Source: a virus
DNA: 64,000 nucleotides
Direction: 5' to 3' (one strand)
Virus record (IMG/VR): IMGVR_UViG_3300005573_000057
Location: 64,001 to 128,000 of that record
Shown: piece after piece, positions 1 through 9,443 of the stretch
How positions within the stretch are numbered: the first letter of the stretch is position 1
Layout: each line of letters begins with the position of its first letter
Notes under the pieces: model-generated
Told to the model about the DNA's origin: nothing
The model's database searches: none
Seen by the model: only the letters and a program-made list of their open reading frames with translations
Program-made: the position numbers and the translations under genes

Positions 1-340
1 CACCGCACCACTCTCCGTAAATCGTAAGTCGATCAAACTCTCCACTAAGCATATTGGCCAAGTCTTTGAAAACTTGTTCTTTTTGAGTGGCGAACAAACA
101 AAATCCAGCATTATCTGATGTAAGCGTCAGGAAACGTTCTCTGGATTGATAGGACAACTCAAGAGGCAGTCCATTTCCCGGATTAAACACATTGACAGCC
201 GCGTTTGTTCCGTGCAACTTAACAGTCCCACGGAACTTCAATTCCGGCAAAGGAAGTACACTTCCTTCGCTGTTCCTTTTCACATTAACGATCACATCAC
301 GAAACTGTTCAATACTTGGAAATTTCTTAAATTCATGCAT
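1..340 (-). CDS. Rnl2-family RNA ligase, partial (runs off the left edge; absent from the ORF track)
   Basis: Manual translation from ATG at 340: MHEFKKFPSIEQFRDVIV...TVKLHGTNAAV...YQSRER...DNAGF...IYGEWCG. It contains nucleotidyltransferase motif I (KxHGTN) and the GEW motif typical of phage Rnl2-like ligases. Confidence 0.8.
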   Translation of the reverse strand, partial: MHEFKKFPSIEQFRDVIVNVKRNSEGSVLPLPELKFRGTVKLHGTNAAVNVFNPGNGLPLELSYQSRERFLTLTSDNAGFCLFATQKEQVFKDLANMLSGEFDRLTIYGEWCG

Positions 341-761
341 ATTGCGTGTGGAACCTCGGCTTTTATGCCGAGTAGGTAGAGCGCAGATTGCTTCGCAATC
401 TTTGCTTTGTGGCGTACCTAAATCACTCTCCATTTTTGCCACAGTTGAATAGGTGGAGGCTTTTCACCCCGCTGGGCCGTGAGGCTCTGCCCGTAAGGGC
501 CTAGTGACGGAGACCTTACGGCCTCGCTCCCCTCGGGAATGTTTGTAACCGGCTCCACCCTTTCGGATGCGGCTAGAACCTTCGGGCCTTTACCTTTGCC
601 CAGCATGATCCCAACCTTCCAGTGTCCGGGACTGAGGAAGCATCCCGGAGTGGGTCTCAACGACCTGTTACAAACGTAGCGGGTTTTCACCGCTTTCCCT
701 GGTCAACCTAGCTATCGACCTTACGGTCTCAAGCTCCGGCCCGAAGGCCGGGGTAGTTGAC
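337..761 (-). mobile_element. Non-autonomous IscB-derived mini-element (left end + omegaRNA + right end, no ORF)
   Basis: About 495-761 is near-identical to the omegaRNA upstream of iscB (20905-21173) and begins GTCAACTACCCC. 343-450 matches the iscB right end (19475-19582). ATGAA follows the right end. Confidence 0.9.
490..761 (-). ncRNA. Stand-alone IscB omegaRNA (HEARO-type) scaffold
   Basis: GTCAAC...GTTGAC terminal helix, GGATGCTTCCTCAGTCC core and GAGGGGAGC motif, as in the iscB-linked copy. Confidence 0.85.
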
Positions 762-794
762 GCATATCCGGCTCCAAAAATTAAAAACATTGTG

Positions 795-1034
795 TCACGA
801 GTTCAAAACTGGCGTAAAATCAACATACATTTCCGTTCCCGGAATGAAATCTTCTGCAACATCTTGTTTGAAAATCCACATTTCAATTGTACCAGAAGGA
901 ACCAACTTGAAGGACTTTTCGTTTTCTTCACTGGTTTCTGCAACTGTCCTTAGTTTGACTTCGGTTCCACAAGTTGTGAACGTGATGTTATCGACTACAA
1001 ATTTCGCTCGTACTTTCATGATTGAATCCTTCAC
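795..1034 (-). CDS. Hypothetical phage protein (VRAKF...PSGTIEMWI...YVDF)
   Basis: 79 aa ORF overlapping the end of spoVR, on the same strand as its neighbours. Confidence 0.65.
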   Translation of the reverse strand: MKDSIMKVRAKFVVDNITFTTCGTEVKLRTVAETSEENEKSFKLVPSGTIEMWIFKQDVAEDFIPGTEMYVDFTPVLNS

Positions 1035-2560
1035 GCTTCCAAGAATGGCCTACCGCGCAATTCACCGATATGACCGCTTAGTGTTTTGGTTCCTTTCTCA
1101 ACCACCGTTGTATCGTCAATCTTTTCGTACTCGGTATCTTTTTTCCGCAGATCAGGAGAAATGAGCCGTACACGATGACCCCACAGAGACTTGATTGCTT
1201 CCAATGTATACAACGCATCCAAAGAGTCAAGTTTACGGGTTTCTTCTTTGTTTGTAAAGTGCTCCAAGAACAAAGTTCGATCCCCTTCTACATCAACCCC
1301 AACCACCTGAATGTCAGGAACCCGATATGATAGACTATGTTGCCTTGAAAGTCTAATCTTGAGTTCGTCCAACATGCGCCCGTTACGCGGAATTTCTCGA
1401 ACTTCAATCAAAGATTCATCGTTATTCATCGAAGTTCCAAACAAACCAAAGTCTTGAGCAACTTCCAACGACAAATATTGAGCAATAAACGATTCGTCAT
1501 TGAAGTTCTGCATTGCATAATTTACTTCGGTCTGCCAGTGTTTTCCAGCTTCTTCTGCTTTCTTCTTAATGTCCATGAACATCTTGAACCCGAACCTGTA
1601 TGGGTTCAGTTGTGATGTGTGCTTGTAAGAATGTTGCGTCAGCACTCCCGAATGACTTGCGTAGAACTCTAGCATAGATCCATCACTAATCAAACCCTTA
1701 TCGTACAACCGATGCATGATGTAGTAATGCGTAAAGGATGCGTAGCCTTCATGCACGATCTGCATTTGACGTTGCGGAAGAAAATATTGACTGATTTTCC
1801 GAACAATGCGGATAATCTCACGTTGCCACGGTTCAAGATTTGGGGCACGCTTTTCAATGAAGTACAGAATGTTTTCTTCTGGTTCCATGTATCCAGGATC
1901 ACGACCACCAACCACTCCATCATTTGCTTTTGAATGATCCATCAATGTATGATGCATCAAGTCAAATTCAGCGACCTTGTCTGTAAGCTTTTTAGGCGAT
2001 CTTTTGCCCCTGCGCCGATACTTATCCACCCCATAGATTTGAATGGCATGGCAAGCGTCCAAGACCCGTTCAACAGTATCTATACCATGTTCGGCTTCGC
2101 ACTTGGTAATGAACTTCTTTGCAAAATCAATGTATGGGATGATGCTTGTCGCATCCGTGTTCTCACGAAAGTAAACGTTGTTTTTATAGACAGCAGAATG
2201 CCCAACACTTGCATGAGCCATCACAAGCGTTTGCATCAAAGCATTGTTGCTTTCCATCAAATAGGCAATGCAAGGGTCTGAATTGATCACCATTTCATAC
2301 GCTAGGCCCATCTTCCCATTTTCATAGTCTTGTTTCTGCACAATGGCGGATTGTCCAAACGACCAGTGTTTGTACATCATTGGCATTCCAGTCGTCACAT
2401 AAGCTTCAAGCATCTGATCGGAAGAAATGATTTCAAACTGTGGCTCATAGTAAGAAATTTCTAATTCTTTTGCTATGATTTCGATTTCATGCCAAATTTT
2501 ATCAAGCATGTCTGGGTTCCAATCTTCCCCCGGTTGAAAAAGCAATTTCGACTTGGCCAT
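1031..2560 (-). CDS. spoVR: SpoVR/YcgB family protein
   Basis: GMPMMYKHWSFG, GLAYEMVINSDPCIAYLME, HASVGHS, YFLPQ...HEGYASF, NPY and VPDIQV motifs; third gene of the prkA-yeaH-spoVR operon. Confidence 0.93.
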   Translation of the reverse strand: MAKSKLLFQPGEDWNPDMLDKIWHEIEIIAKELEISYYEPQFEIISSDQMLEAYVTTGMPMMYKHWSFGQSAIVQKQDYENGKMGLAYEMVINSDPCIAYLMESNNALMQTLVMAHASVGHSAVYKNNVYFRENTDATSIIPYIDFAKKFITKCEAEHGIDTVERVLDACHAIQIYGVDKYRRRGKRSPKKLTDKVAEFDLMHHTLMDHSKANDGVVGGRDPGYMEPEENILYFIEKRAPNLEPWQREIIRIVRKISQYFLPQRQMQIVHEGYASFTHYYIMHRLYDKGLISDGSMLEFYASHSGVLTQHSYKHTSQLNPYRFGFKMFMDIKKKAEEAGKHWQTEVNYAMQNFNDESFIAQYLSLEVAQDFGLFGTSMNNDESLIEVREIPRNGRMLDELKIRLSRQHSLSYRVPDIQVVGVDVEGDRTLFLEHFTNKEETRKLDSLDALYTLEAIKSLWGHRVRLISPDLRKKDTEYEKIDDTTVVEKGTKTLSGHIGELRGRPFLEA

Positions 2561-3795
2561 TACTTGATCCTTTTTGTAAAGAACTTCCTGAACAATGGGT
2601 ATACATCAGCGACGCCTTGCACCATCCCATACGTAAAGTTCTTTGACTTGACAAACTTCTTATAAGTTTGAAGTAAATTCGACTCGGCTAATGAACTTGA
2701 GGAAAACAAACTTAGAGTAGAATCCCCCCAATCAGTTGCCAGATCAATCTCGACATAAAATGCGTAATTGATCAGATCGAGAATTTCGTTCATTGTCTTA
2801 GCTGATTTTCCATCGTCATAAGGCATGTTGTCCCCATCAGACGCTTGTGCAAGATAGACGTTGCTTTTGCCTTTCAGTTTTTTCGCATACTCAAGTGCAA
2901 TCTTGAGCGCAGGGGATACCAGTGTACCACCACTATGCGTAGAATTGAAGAACTCGTTTTGATCAACAACATAAGCCTTATCAGTGTGAGAAATGAATAC
3001 AAGATCGACATTATCGTAATTGCGACGAACAAAATGATACAAAAGCCAAAAAAATCGTTTCGCCACACTCTTTTCATCGTCACCCATAGACCCACTTACA
3101 TCCATGACCATGATGACCGTAGCATGGGTTGACGGTATGGTTTCGATCTTGGATGACCTATAGCGCAAATCCATATCTTCAAACAGCGGAACTTCTTCAA
3201 TGCGGGTCTGAATTTCTTTTCTTTCTTCTTCGGTCAAATTTTCATCAGCAAGTTCATCTTCAATTATACCACGCAGAACCAACTGGCGAGTGAATCCATT
3301 GATGTATGACCGGACGATATGCAGGCGCGACGGGGTTCCTTCTGTCTGAAACCCTGCATTTGTGCGTCTTGTTTCCTCAACTTTTGAAAGTTCCTGTCTA
3401 ACAAGATCAGGCAGTTCCATCCCGTCAAAGAACAAATCCAGAAATTCTTCGGCACTCAAATGCACACTGAATTCATCACCTTCACCAGCATCATCCCCAC
3501 CACTACCACCGCTTCGATCAATGTGAAGCACATCCCCAGGAACAAACTGATCATTTCCAGGGAGAACCAAATCCCACGATCCACTTCCGTCACGATGGAT
3601 GTTTGGTTCTCGCATCAGCTTGTCCCAGGGAACTTTTACGTCAACTCCTTTTTTCCCAATGTCCTGAATGTCCTGATCTTTGATAGCATCATTCACCCGC
3701 TGCTTCATGACTCCCCGAATGCGCCGCAAGTAACGCTCACGCGAACTAATGGTTCTATCCGGGGTAGCCCTACGTCTATCAATGATGATTGCCAT
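2560..3795 (-). CDS. yeaH: YeaH/YhbH (DUF444) vWA-domain protein
   Basis: IIDRR N-terminus, PGNDQFVPGD, DLRYR, MIDAS-like MDVSGSM, SGGTLVS and QASDGDN. Confidence 0.93.
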   Translation of the reverse strand: MAIIIDRRRATPDRTISSRERYLRRIRGVMKQRVNDAIKDQDIQDIGKKGVDVKVPWDKLMREPNIHRDGSGSWDLVLPGNDQFVPGDVLHIDRSGGSGGDDAGEGDEFSVHLSAEEFLDLFFDGMELPDLVRQELSKVEETRRTNAGFQTEGTPSRLHIVRSYINGFTRQLVLRGIIEDELADENLTEEERKEIQTRIEEVPLFEDMDLRYRSSKIETIPSTHATVIMVMDVSGSMGDDEKSVAKRFFWLLYHFVRRNYDNVDLVFISHTDKAYVVDQNEFFNSTHSGGTLVSPALKIALEYAKKLKGKSNVYLAQASDGDNMPYDDGKSAKTMNEILDLINYAFYVEIDLATDWGDSTLSLFSSSSLAESNLLQTYKKFVKSKNFTYGMVQGVADVYPLFRKFFTKRIK

Positions 3796-3808
3796 GACAA
3801 GGGTTCCT

Positions 3809-5728
3809 TTAATTACTATACTTGGCCCGCAGGAAGAACTCGACCAGAATACGAGTTTGGCGCGGAGTGTAGTTCAACTTTTGCATCTGTGCGACAAAAT
3901 CGTTGTGCTTCTTGGTTTCTTCTTCTGTGCGCTTCGGGGTAAATGCGATCACCGGCAGAATATCCGCTGTACTTGCCAGGACATTCTTTTCGATGACCAG
4001 ACGCATCTTTTCAAAACCGTTCCATGCTGGCATCTTGCCTTTGTTTGCACCCTTGTAGCGAACGATGAACATTGCTACATCATTACGGAAATCCTTCGGG
4101 TTACTGATTCCGGCAGGCTTTTCCATCTTTTCGAGTTCGGCGTTCAACGCAGCACGATCCAACATCAGACCAGTATTCGAGTCACGGTACTCCTGATCAC
4201 TCACCCATGCGTCTGCATAGTAGAAGTATCTTTCAAACATATTCTGGCACAAATCTTGGAAGCTATTCAAGAATGAGGCACGAATATCCTTTTCCAGAAA
4301 CTCCATGTAATTTTCCATCAGAGTGCCATCAAGGATGGTCAAAAGTTCCTGTTCCTTTTCTTTTCCAAGCTGTTCTTCACTGATACTGCGCTTGAGGACG
4401 TACATCAAATGAATCGGGTTCGCCGCAATTTCCTCAGTATCATAGTTGAAAGTCTTGGACAGAATCTTAAAAGCAAACCGAGTGCTGATTCCGTTCATCC
4501 CTTCCTTAACCCCAGCAGCATCCTTGTATTCCTGCAAGGGCTTTGCTGTTGGATCTTCTTGTTTCAGATTTTCACCGTTGTAGACGCGCATCTTCACATA
4601 CAAAGGCGAATTTTCTGGTTTGACCAACCGACTCATGACCGCAAATTGCGCCATCGTTTCCAATGTTCCTGGAGCGCAAGGCGCAGTCGCCAAGGCGCTA
4701 TTTGACAGGAGTTTCTTGTAAATCTTGACTTCTTCGTCAACCCGAGTTACATAAGGAACCGACACAAGATAGACCCGATCCAAGAACGCTTCATTGGTCT
4801 TGTTATTACGAAAAGCTTCCCATTCACTTTCGTTGCTATGAGCAATAATAATGCCGTGGAAGGGCATATTACCAATGGCCTTAGTACCTGTATACATATG
4901 CTCTTGTGTGGCCGTGAGCAACGGATGGAGCATCTTGATTGGCGCTTTGAACATTTCCACAAACTCAAGCACACCGTTGTTTGCCCGATTCAAGCCGCCA
5001 CTAAAGTTGTAAGCATAGGGATGGTTTTGAGAATACTTGCCAACCATACGAATATCCAGTTCCCCAACCAGCGTGGAAATATCTTGGTTGTTTTCGTCAC
5101 CAGGTTCGACCCGAGCGATGCAGATTTGGTGAAGCCGACTTGGATAGACCTTGCGAACTTTGAACTGCGACAGATCCCCCTTGAATTCCTTGATCTTTTC
5201 AATTGCCCACGGACTCGGAACATTCTTGAAAAGCATAGCAGGAAGGCCAAAAATTTTAGATGCATCAGGTTGATTAAAGAACAACCCAAATGGAGTTTCA
5301 AAGACTGGAGACCCATCTAGGATATAAACAGGTTCCTTTTCGGCCAATTCTTTGATTTTCTCGGCCAATGTGCTCTTACTAGAGCCAACAGGCCCCAACA
5401 AGTACAGGATTTGCTTTGCTTCTTCAAGCCCCTGTGATGCATGTCGAAAATAGGCGACAATTTGGTCAATTGTATCTTCCATCCCATAGAAATCAGAAGA
5501 AAAGGATGGATAGACCCGAATGATTCGGTTTTGAAAAATGCGCGAAAGGTGAGGATCGTTTTTGGTATCCAAAAGTGTCGGTTCACCGATTGCTTTAAGA
5601 ATTCGTTCTGCTGGGGAAGCATACAAAGACGGATCTGAAACACACCGTTCCATAAAATCCTCAAGGCCAATGACTTCATCGTCAAACTGAGTTGAAAGTG
5701 CTTGTGTGAATGTATCGAGTTTACTCAT
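3809..5728 (-). CDS. prkA: PrkA/YeaG AAA+ ATPase (annotated serine kinase)
   Basis: Walker A LLGPVGSSKS, EPGDENNQDISTLVG, GGLNRAN, EFVEMFKAPIKMLHPLLTATQE and NEAFLDR. Confidence 0.95.
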   Translation of the reverse strand: MSKLDTFTQALSTQFDDEVIGLEDFMERCVSDPSLYASPAERILKAIGEPTLLDTKNDPHLSRIFQNRIIRVYPSFSSDFYGMEDTIDQIVAYFRHASQGLEEAKQILYLLGPVGSSKSTLAEKIKELAEKEPVYILDGSPVFETPFGLFFNQPDASKIFGLPAMLFKNVPSPWAIEKIKEFKGDLSQFKVRKVYPSRLHQICIARVEPGDENNQDISTLVGELDIRMVGKYSQNHPYAYNFSGGLNRANNGVLEFVEMFKAPIKMLHPLLTATQEHMYTGTKAIGNMPFHGIIIAHSNESEWEAFRNNKTNEAFLDRVYLVSVPYVTRVDEEVKIYKKLLSNSALATAPCAPGTLETMAQFAVMSRLVKPENSPLYVKMRVYNGENLKQEDPTAKPLQEYKDAAGVKEGMNGISTRFAFKILSKTFNYDTEEIAANPIHLMYVLKRSISEEQLGKEKEQELLTILDGTLMENYMEFLEKDIRASFLNSFQDLCQNMFERYFYYADAWVSDQEYRDSNTGLMLDRAALNAELEKMEKPAGISNPKDFRNDVAMFIVRYKGANKGKMPAWNGFEKMRLVIEKNVLASTADILPVIAFTPKRTEEETKKHNDFVAQMQKLNYTPRQTRILVEFFLRAKYSN

Positions 5729-5769
5729 TGTTTTGCTCCATTACTAAGTCGGGGTGTGAACAAGTTAGT

Positions 5770-6351
5770 CTAGTGTTTGACGCCAGCAGCGATCATTAGT
5801 GCATCCAAAACAACATCATGAACAGGGTTTTGTTTCATAATGTCGTCAACATCCATATATTGAGGATCAATATCGGTAACTCCTTTTGGGACACTGTACA
5901 ACAAATTAACGGCAGTCCGAGTATCCATATAACGCCAAAACGGGATAAAATTACTCCCAACATCCTTACTCAATGATGCAGAAACGACCTGTGAAAGATG
6001 CCCACGAGTCCAAACAAAAAAGTCTTCATTAGGCAGCAATCGAGAATAGATGTAATCTTGAATTTCTCCAAGCGCAGCTTTACAAGTTGTTGGCTGGGGA
6101 TATTTTTTGGATTCCCCCAAACTAACTTCTTGCACTTCTTTTGGAAGGGTTTTCCAAAACTCAACCGTAGCAGGATCAATTACACGGTCTCCGACTTGCT
6201 CCGAAGTATCAAACTTCACAAGTAATGTGTCTTCGACCAACTCACTGAACAACTTTGGGGTTTCAACGTCAAACTCGACAATTGCAGCACTCACAACGAC
6301 CGAGCGTTCGGATAGCCCCAAAGTTTTGACATTATAAGAAAACATTTTCAT
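5770..6351 (-). CDS. DexA-like DEDDh exonuclease homologue with substituted catalytic residues
   Basis: Overall DexA pattern (xTLG..S VVS, T.EFW, WxRG, FWRYMDTRTAV, NPVHDVVLDALM), but ExoI reads NVK instead of DVE. Confidence 0.7.
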   Translation of the reverse strand: MKMFSYNVKTLGLSERSVVVSAAIVEFDVETPKLFSELVEDTLLVKFDTSEQVGDRVIDPATVEFWKTLPKEVQEVSLGESKKYPQPTTCKAALGEIQDYIYSRLLPNEDFFVWTRGHLSQVVSASLSKDVGSNFIPFWRYMDTRTAVNLLYSVPKGVTDIDPQYMDVDDIMKQNPVHDVVLDALMIAAGVKH

Positions 6352-6614
6352 TTTATGATACCTTGCGTTTCGAACAAATGTTCAACATACAACGATGCAC
6401 CCTTTTCGTCATTCATATTAAAAAACCGAACCGAATAGGACTCGTCCATTTTATTAGTTTCATCAAAAGCAATAATACAAATGCTGTTCATTTCTTTGAT
6501 CAAACTAACACTAACACGGAGATTTCCGCGTTTATACGGCCCCAAACTTTGAATAACAAACGCGATCTTTTTTGGGTTTTCGTGTTGCATGTAAACATCA
6601 ATGTTTGTTTTCAT
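6348..6614 (-). CDS. Hypothetical protein
   Basis: ORF from MKTNIDVY, overlapping regA and the dexA-like gene. Confidence 0.6.
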   Translation of the reverse strand: MKTNIDVYMQHENPKKIAFVIQSLGPYKRGNLRVSVSLIKEMNSICIIAFDETNKMDESYSVRFFNMNDEKGASLYVEHLFETQGIIK

Positions 6615-7050
6615 AATGTCGCGGTTTATCGCCCCCGATTTTGTACTTAGCAATGATGTTCCAGTCTTCCTTTTCTTCGTAGGACAACACAGTTAGACGA
6701 CTGAGTTCACGACGCATAATATCATCCGTGGCGCGAATGGCTGGATTCACGATCTTGATCAGTCCCCATTGCTCCAACAATGTTGCGATACAATTGCGAC
6801 GCTGTGCATCCCCAACAGTCATTGTTGTAGAGCGACCATCTAGGGCAAAAAGTTCTTTGAAGTGAACGATGTAGTATCGACCGCGCTTATGCAAAATGTG
6901 TGCAGTTTGCGTTAGCGATTTGTTCGCTTTACTGGCTATGCCGATGCGTGACAAAGTTTCCCGGACAGTCAAGAAACTGCCATCTGTCAAAAGCTTGACC
7001 TCCACCATGTCATCAGGTGTCCAATCAAATAAAAGTTCAGTAGTAATCAT
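6598..7050 (-). CDS. regA: Translational repressor RegA
   Basis: FLTVRETLSRIGIAS, HILHKRGRYYIVHFKELF, RRNCIATLLEQWGL; T4-like synteny with the clamp loader genes. Confidence 0.95.
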   Translation of the reverse strand: MITTELLFDWTPDDMVEVKLLTDGSFLTVRETLSRIGIASKANKSLTQTAHILHKRGRYYIVHFKELFALDGRSTTMTVGDAQRRNCIATLLEQWGLIKIVNPAIRATDDIMRRELSRLTVLSYEEKEDWNIIAKYKIGGDKPRHYENKH

Positions 7051-7053
7051 GAT

Positions 7054-7452
7054 TTATCCTCGTTTAGATTTCAAACCACCCATGTTTGTATAGGTATCTA
7101 CAATTTTCTTCATTTGCTCGTTAGTTAGCAAGCCCTCCACTTCTTGCGCCTTTTTGATACTCATTCCAAAAACCTTTGCTATCAGGCTGACATTTTCCGA
7201 AACCTTGTCCTTCTTACCCCACTCAATATACTTCTTCGCTGTTTTCGGCATCGCATGTCGGTAAAACATGAACTGATCATGCTTTGACAGCGTTGAGTGC
7301 CGATTCATAGATTCAGCATAAAACAGGCAATCCCTACGTTGCGAAAGTGCTCGGTTGACAAGGAACGGATTGTACGCCGCTTCTAACTCGTCAGACCATT
7401 CGACGTTCTTTGTTAGAATATCGCTGATCAAGCCAAAAATGTCAAGCGCCAT
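7054..7452 (-). CDS. gp62: Clamp loader small subunit gp62
   Basis: YNPFLVNRALSQ..DC..YA..MN motif; start taken at MALDIF. Confidence 0.9.
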   Translation of the reverse strand: MALDIFGLISDILTKNVEWSDELEAAYNPFLVNRALSQRRDCLFYAESMNRHSTLSKHDQFMFYRHAMPKTAKKYIEWGKKDKVSENVSLIAKVFGMSIKKAQEVEGLLTNEQMKKIVDTYTNMGGLKSKRG

Positions 7453-7846
7453 TTTTATCTGTCCCAGACAAAACAACCACCAAGCCAACATCGTGTCGCA
7501 AGTAAACACACAATGCTTCCCTGACCTTTTGACCGGCAGCATTCACTGCCAACTCCATCGGTTCCATGATACTAGAAGGAGTAGAATACAAAGAATGAAC
7601 AAAAGTTCCGGTTTCCTTGTCACGAACAATATTCAAAATTTCAGTGACCCCATCGTGTTGTGTCTCCACAGTTTCAGTTTCGGCAAACCACATTGCCATC
7701 CCATTCACGAATTTGACTTTGACTTGTCGATCCTCATAAATGCTCAACGTAACTTCCTTCTGCCTGTTGAAATACCTGACAACACCAGCCATCACAAACA
7801 TCAAAAAAATAGAATAAACAAGATATGAAACGATAATTTCAAACAT
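7442..7846 (-). CDS. Hypothetical protein with N-terminal transmembrane helix
   Basis: Hydrophobic residues 3-24; inserted between gp44 and gp62. Confidence 0.65.
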   Translation of the reverse strand: MFEIIVSYLVYSIFLMFVMAGVVRYFNRQKEVTLSIYEDRQVKVKFVNGMAMWFAETETVETQHDGVTEILNIVRDKETGTFVHSLYSTPSSIMEPMELAVNAAGQKVREALCVYLRHDVGLVVVLSGTDKNGA

Positions 7847-7855
7847 TTTTCTTCC

Positions 7856-8815
7856 TTAAAATTTAACTACGCCCATGATTTCAGTCAAACATGCTGTTGT
7901 ACAAATTTCTTGATCGGCACTGAACGAAGACTTAAACTGATAGTCGGCAAGAAGCAAAATTATATCAGGCAAACATTCAGGACGAACAGTATCTTGCAAA
8001 ATCTTGTAAAACTGCGTATAGAGTGATGATACATCAATATCTGAGTTTCGCCCAACCCATTTACGCATGCTAGAGAAATTTTTATCACGCAATGCGGTCA
8101 GTAGATCATCAAAAACTCCAATATCGTTATCATTCAAAACACTCGAATCAATCGTATTGTCGGTAGCATGACGTTGCAACGAGTTCAGAGTGCGCCTAAA
8201 ATCTGGAAAGTTCTTCGAAATGAGAGCAGCCAGAGACTTTTTATCGTAGGTCGTAACTCCTTCCTGATGTAGAATCTCCATACTACGAACCATCATTTCC
8301 TTTGCTAACACAGCCTTTTCGTTGCTTGGAATCTTAAAGTCAACGACAGTGCAACGACTGTGAATCGCTTCCGAAATCATGCTCTTGAAATTGCATGTAA
8401 AGATAAACCGAGCATTCGAACTAAATTCTTCCAAAGAACCATTCAAGGCTTTTTGCGCTGCTTGTGAAATGTGATCCGATTCATCCAAAATCACAATCTT
8501 TTTTGAATCTGTCAAACTAACCGTTGAGCAAAACTGTCTAATCTGATTCCGTATCATGTCAATGCCGTTTTCTTCGGCAGCTTTGACAAACAACACATCA
8601 GCACCAATTTCACTGGCAAGCGCCCGCGCAACTGTAGTCTTTCCACTTCCGGGAGGGCCAGCTAGAAGGAAATGAGGAATTTCACCCTTATCGACATATC
8701 CTTGAAAGAGTGCCTTCAAATTTTCGGGGATGATACACTCAGAAATCGTTTTGGGCCTATACTTCTGTGCCCACAAAAATTCGTCTGGGTTGATCGAAAT
8801 TGTTACATCTGTCAT
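7856..8815 (-). CDS. gp44: Clamp loader large subunit gp44
   Basis: LWAQKYRP, Walker A GPPGSGKTT, ILDESD, SRC and FPDFRR. Confidence 0.96.
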   Translation of the reverse strand: MTDVTISINPDEFLWAQKYRPKTISECIIPENLKALFQGYVDKGEIPHFLLAGPPGSGKTTVARALASEIGADVLFVKAAEENGIDMIRNQIRQFCSTVSLTDSKKIVILDESDHISQAAQKALNGSLEEFSSNARFIFTCNFKSMISEAIHSRCTVVDFKIPSNEKAVLAKEMMVRSMEILHQEGVTTYDKKSLAALISKNFPDFRRTLNSLQRHATDNTIDSSVLNDNDIGVFDDLLTALRDKNFSSMRKWVGRNSDIDVSSLYTQFYKILQDTVRPECLPDIILLLADYQFKSSFSADQEICTTACLTEIMGVVKF

Positions 8816-8836
8816 GATTTATCCTTGTCGCATTTT

Positions 8837-9443
8837 TTAACATGCCGCCCTCCATAAAGGAGGATAATTCCTACTGTTCTGCGCACGAATCGCTTCAAGC
8901 GTAGTCACTTCGACGAGTTCATCAGTTCAAAGACGATAGATGATCTAGGGCAGCATCAAGCGTCGGGAAGACTCGTTCGCAGCACTGGCGAACCATTTCG
9001 AAGTAGCGCTTCACCGAGGGGTTCTCGACCTGATCAACCAAGAAGATTTGTTTACCCAAGGCTTTTGCAAATCCGATTTCCAACGCCAGCGCATAGCCGC
9101 CCGGATTCGAAGCCTCCATGTTGGCCAAAACAATGTCGGAATGGCGAACCGCCTCTAAGTCCCAACGTGTGTATTCGGCGGGGTCTTGAATGTTGTGTGT
9201 GCTCGGGTCAAGCAGCTCAAACGATCCGCCGAATCTGGCGGCAACTTGAGATTGCCAGTTGGATTTGAACCCACCGGCTAGGTACATCTTTTTAAGGGGT
9301 GTGGGGAGTTTTTTTAACATTGGTGTCCTTCTTAACTGTTTTCATTGCTTTATTATACTCGGTCTATGATTCAAAAGCAACAACAGATTTATCTTTTGCC
9401 CTATCCTTCCTTACCCCAAACTGCGGGGTCTGTAGCTCAATTG
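8837..9443 (-). mobile_element. IS605/TnpB-derived non-autonomous element carrying a passenger gene
   Basis: 9341-9443 aligns with the left end and promoter of the TnpB element at 24141-24242. 8837-8910 aligns with TnpB right ends (38376-38452, 22883-22960). Confidence 0.8.
8922..9320 (-). CDS. Nucleoside 2-deoxyribosyltransferase-like protein (Rcl/MilB-type N-glycosidase fold)
   Basis: MYLAGGF, DLEAVRHSDIV and G.ALEIGFAKALGK motifs; visibly more GC-rich than its flanks. Confidence 0.8.
   Translation of the reverse strand: MLKKLPTPLKKMYLAGGFKSNWQSQVAARFGGSFELLDPSTHNIQDPAEYTRWDLEAVRHSDIVLANMEASNPGGYALALEIGFAKALGKQIFLVDQVENPSVKRYFEMVRQCCERVFPTLDAALDHLSSLN

Noticed and set aside
418-690. ORF-track proteins 418-690 and 20904-21122 (similar to each other)
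   Set aside because: Their similarity reflects the shared omegaRNA scaffold; they are incidental frames in a structured RNA.
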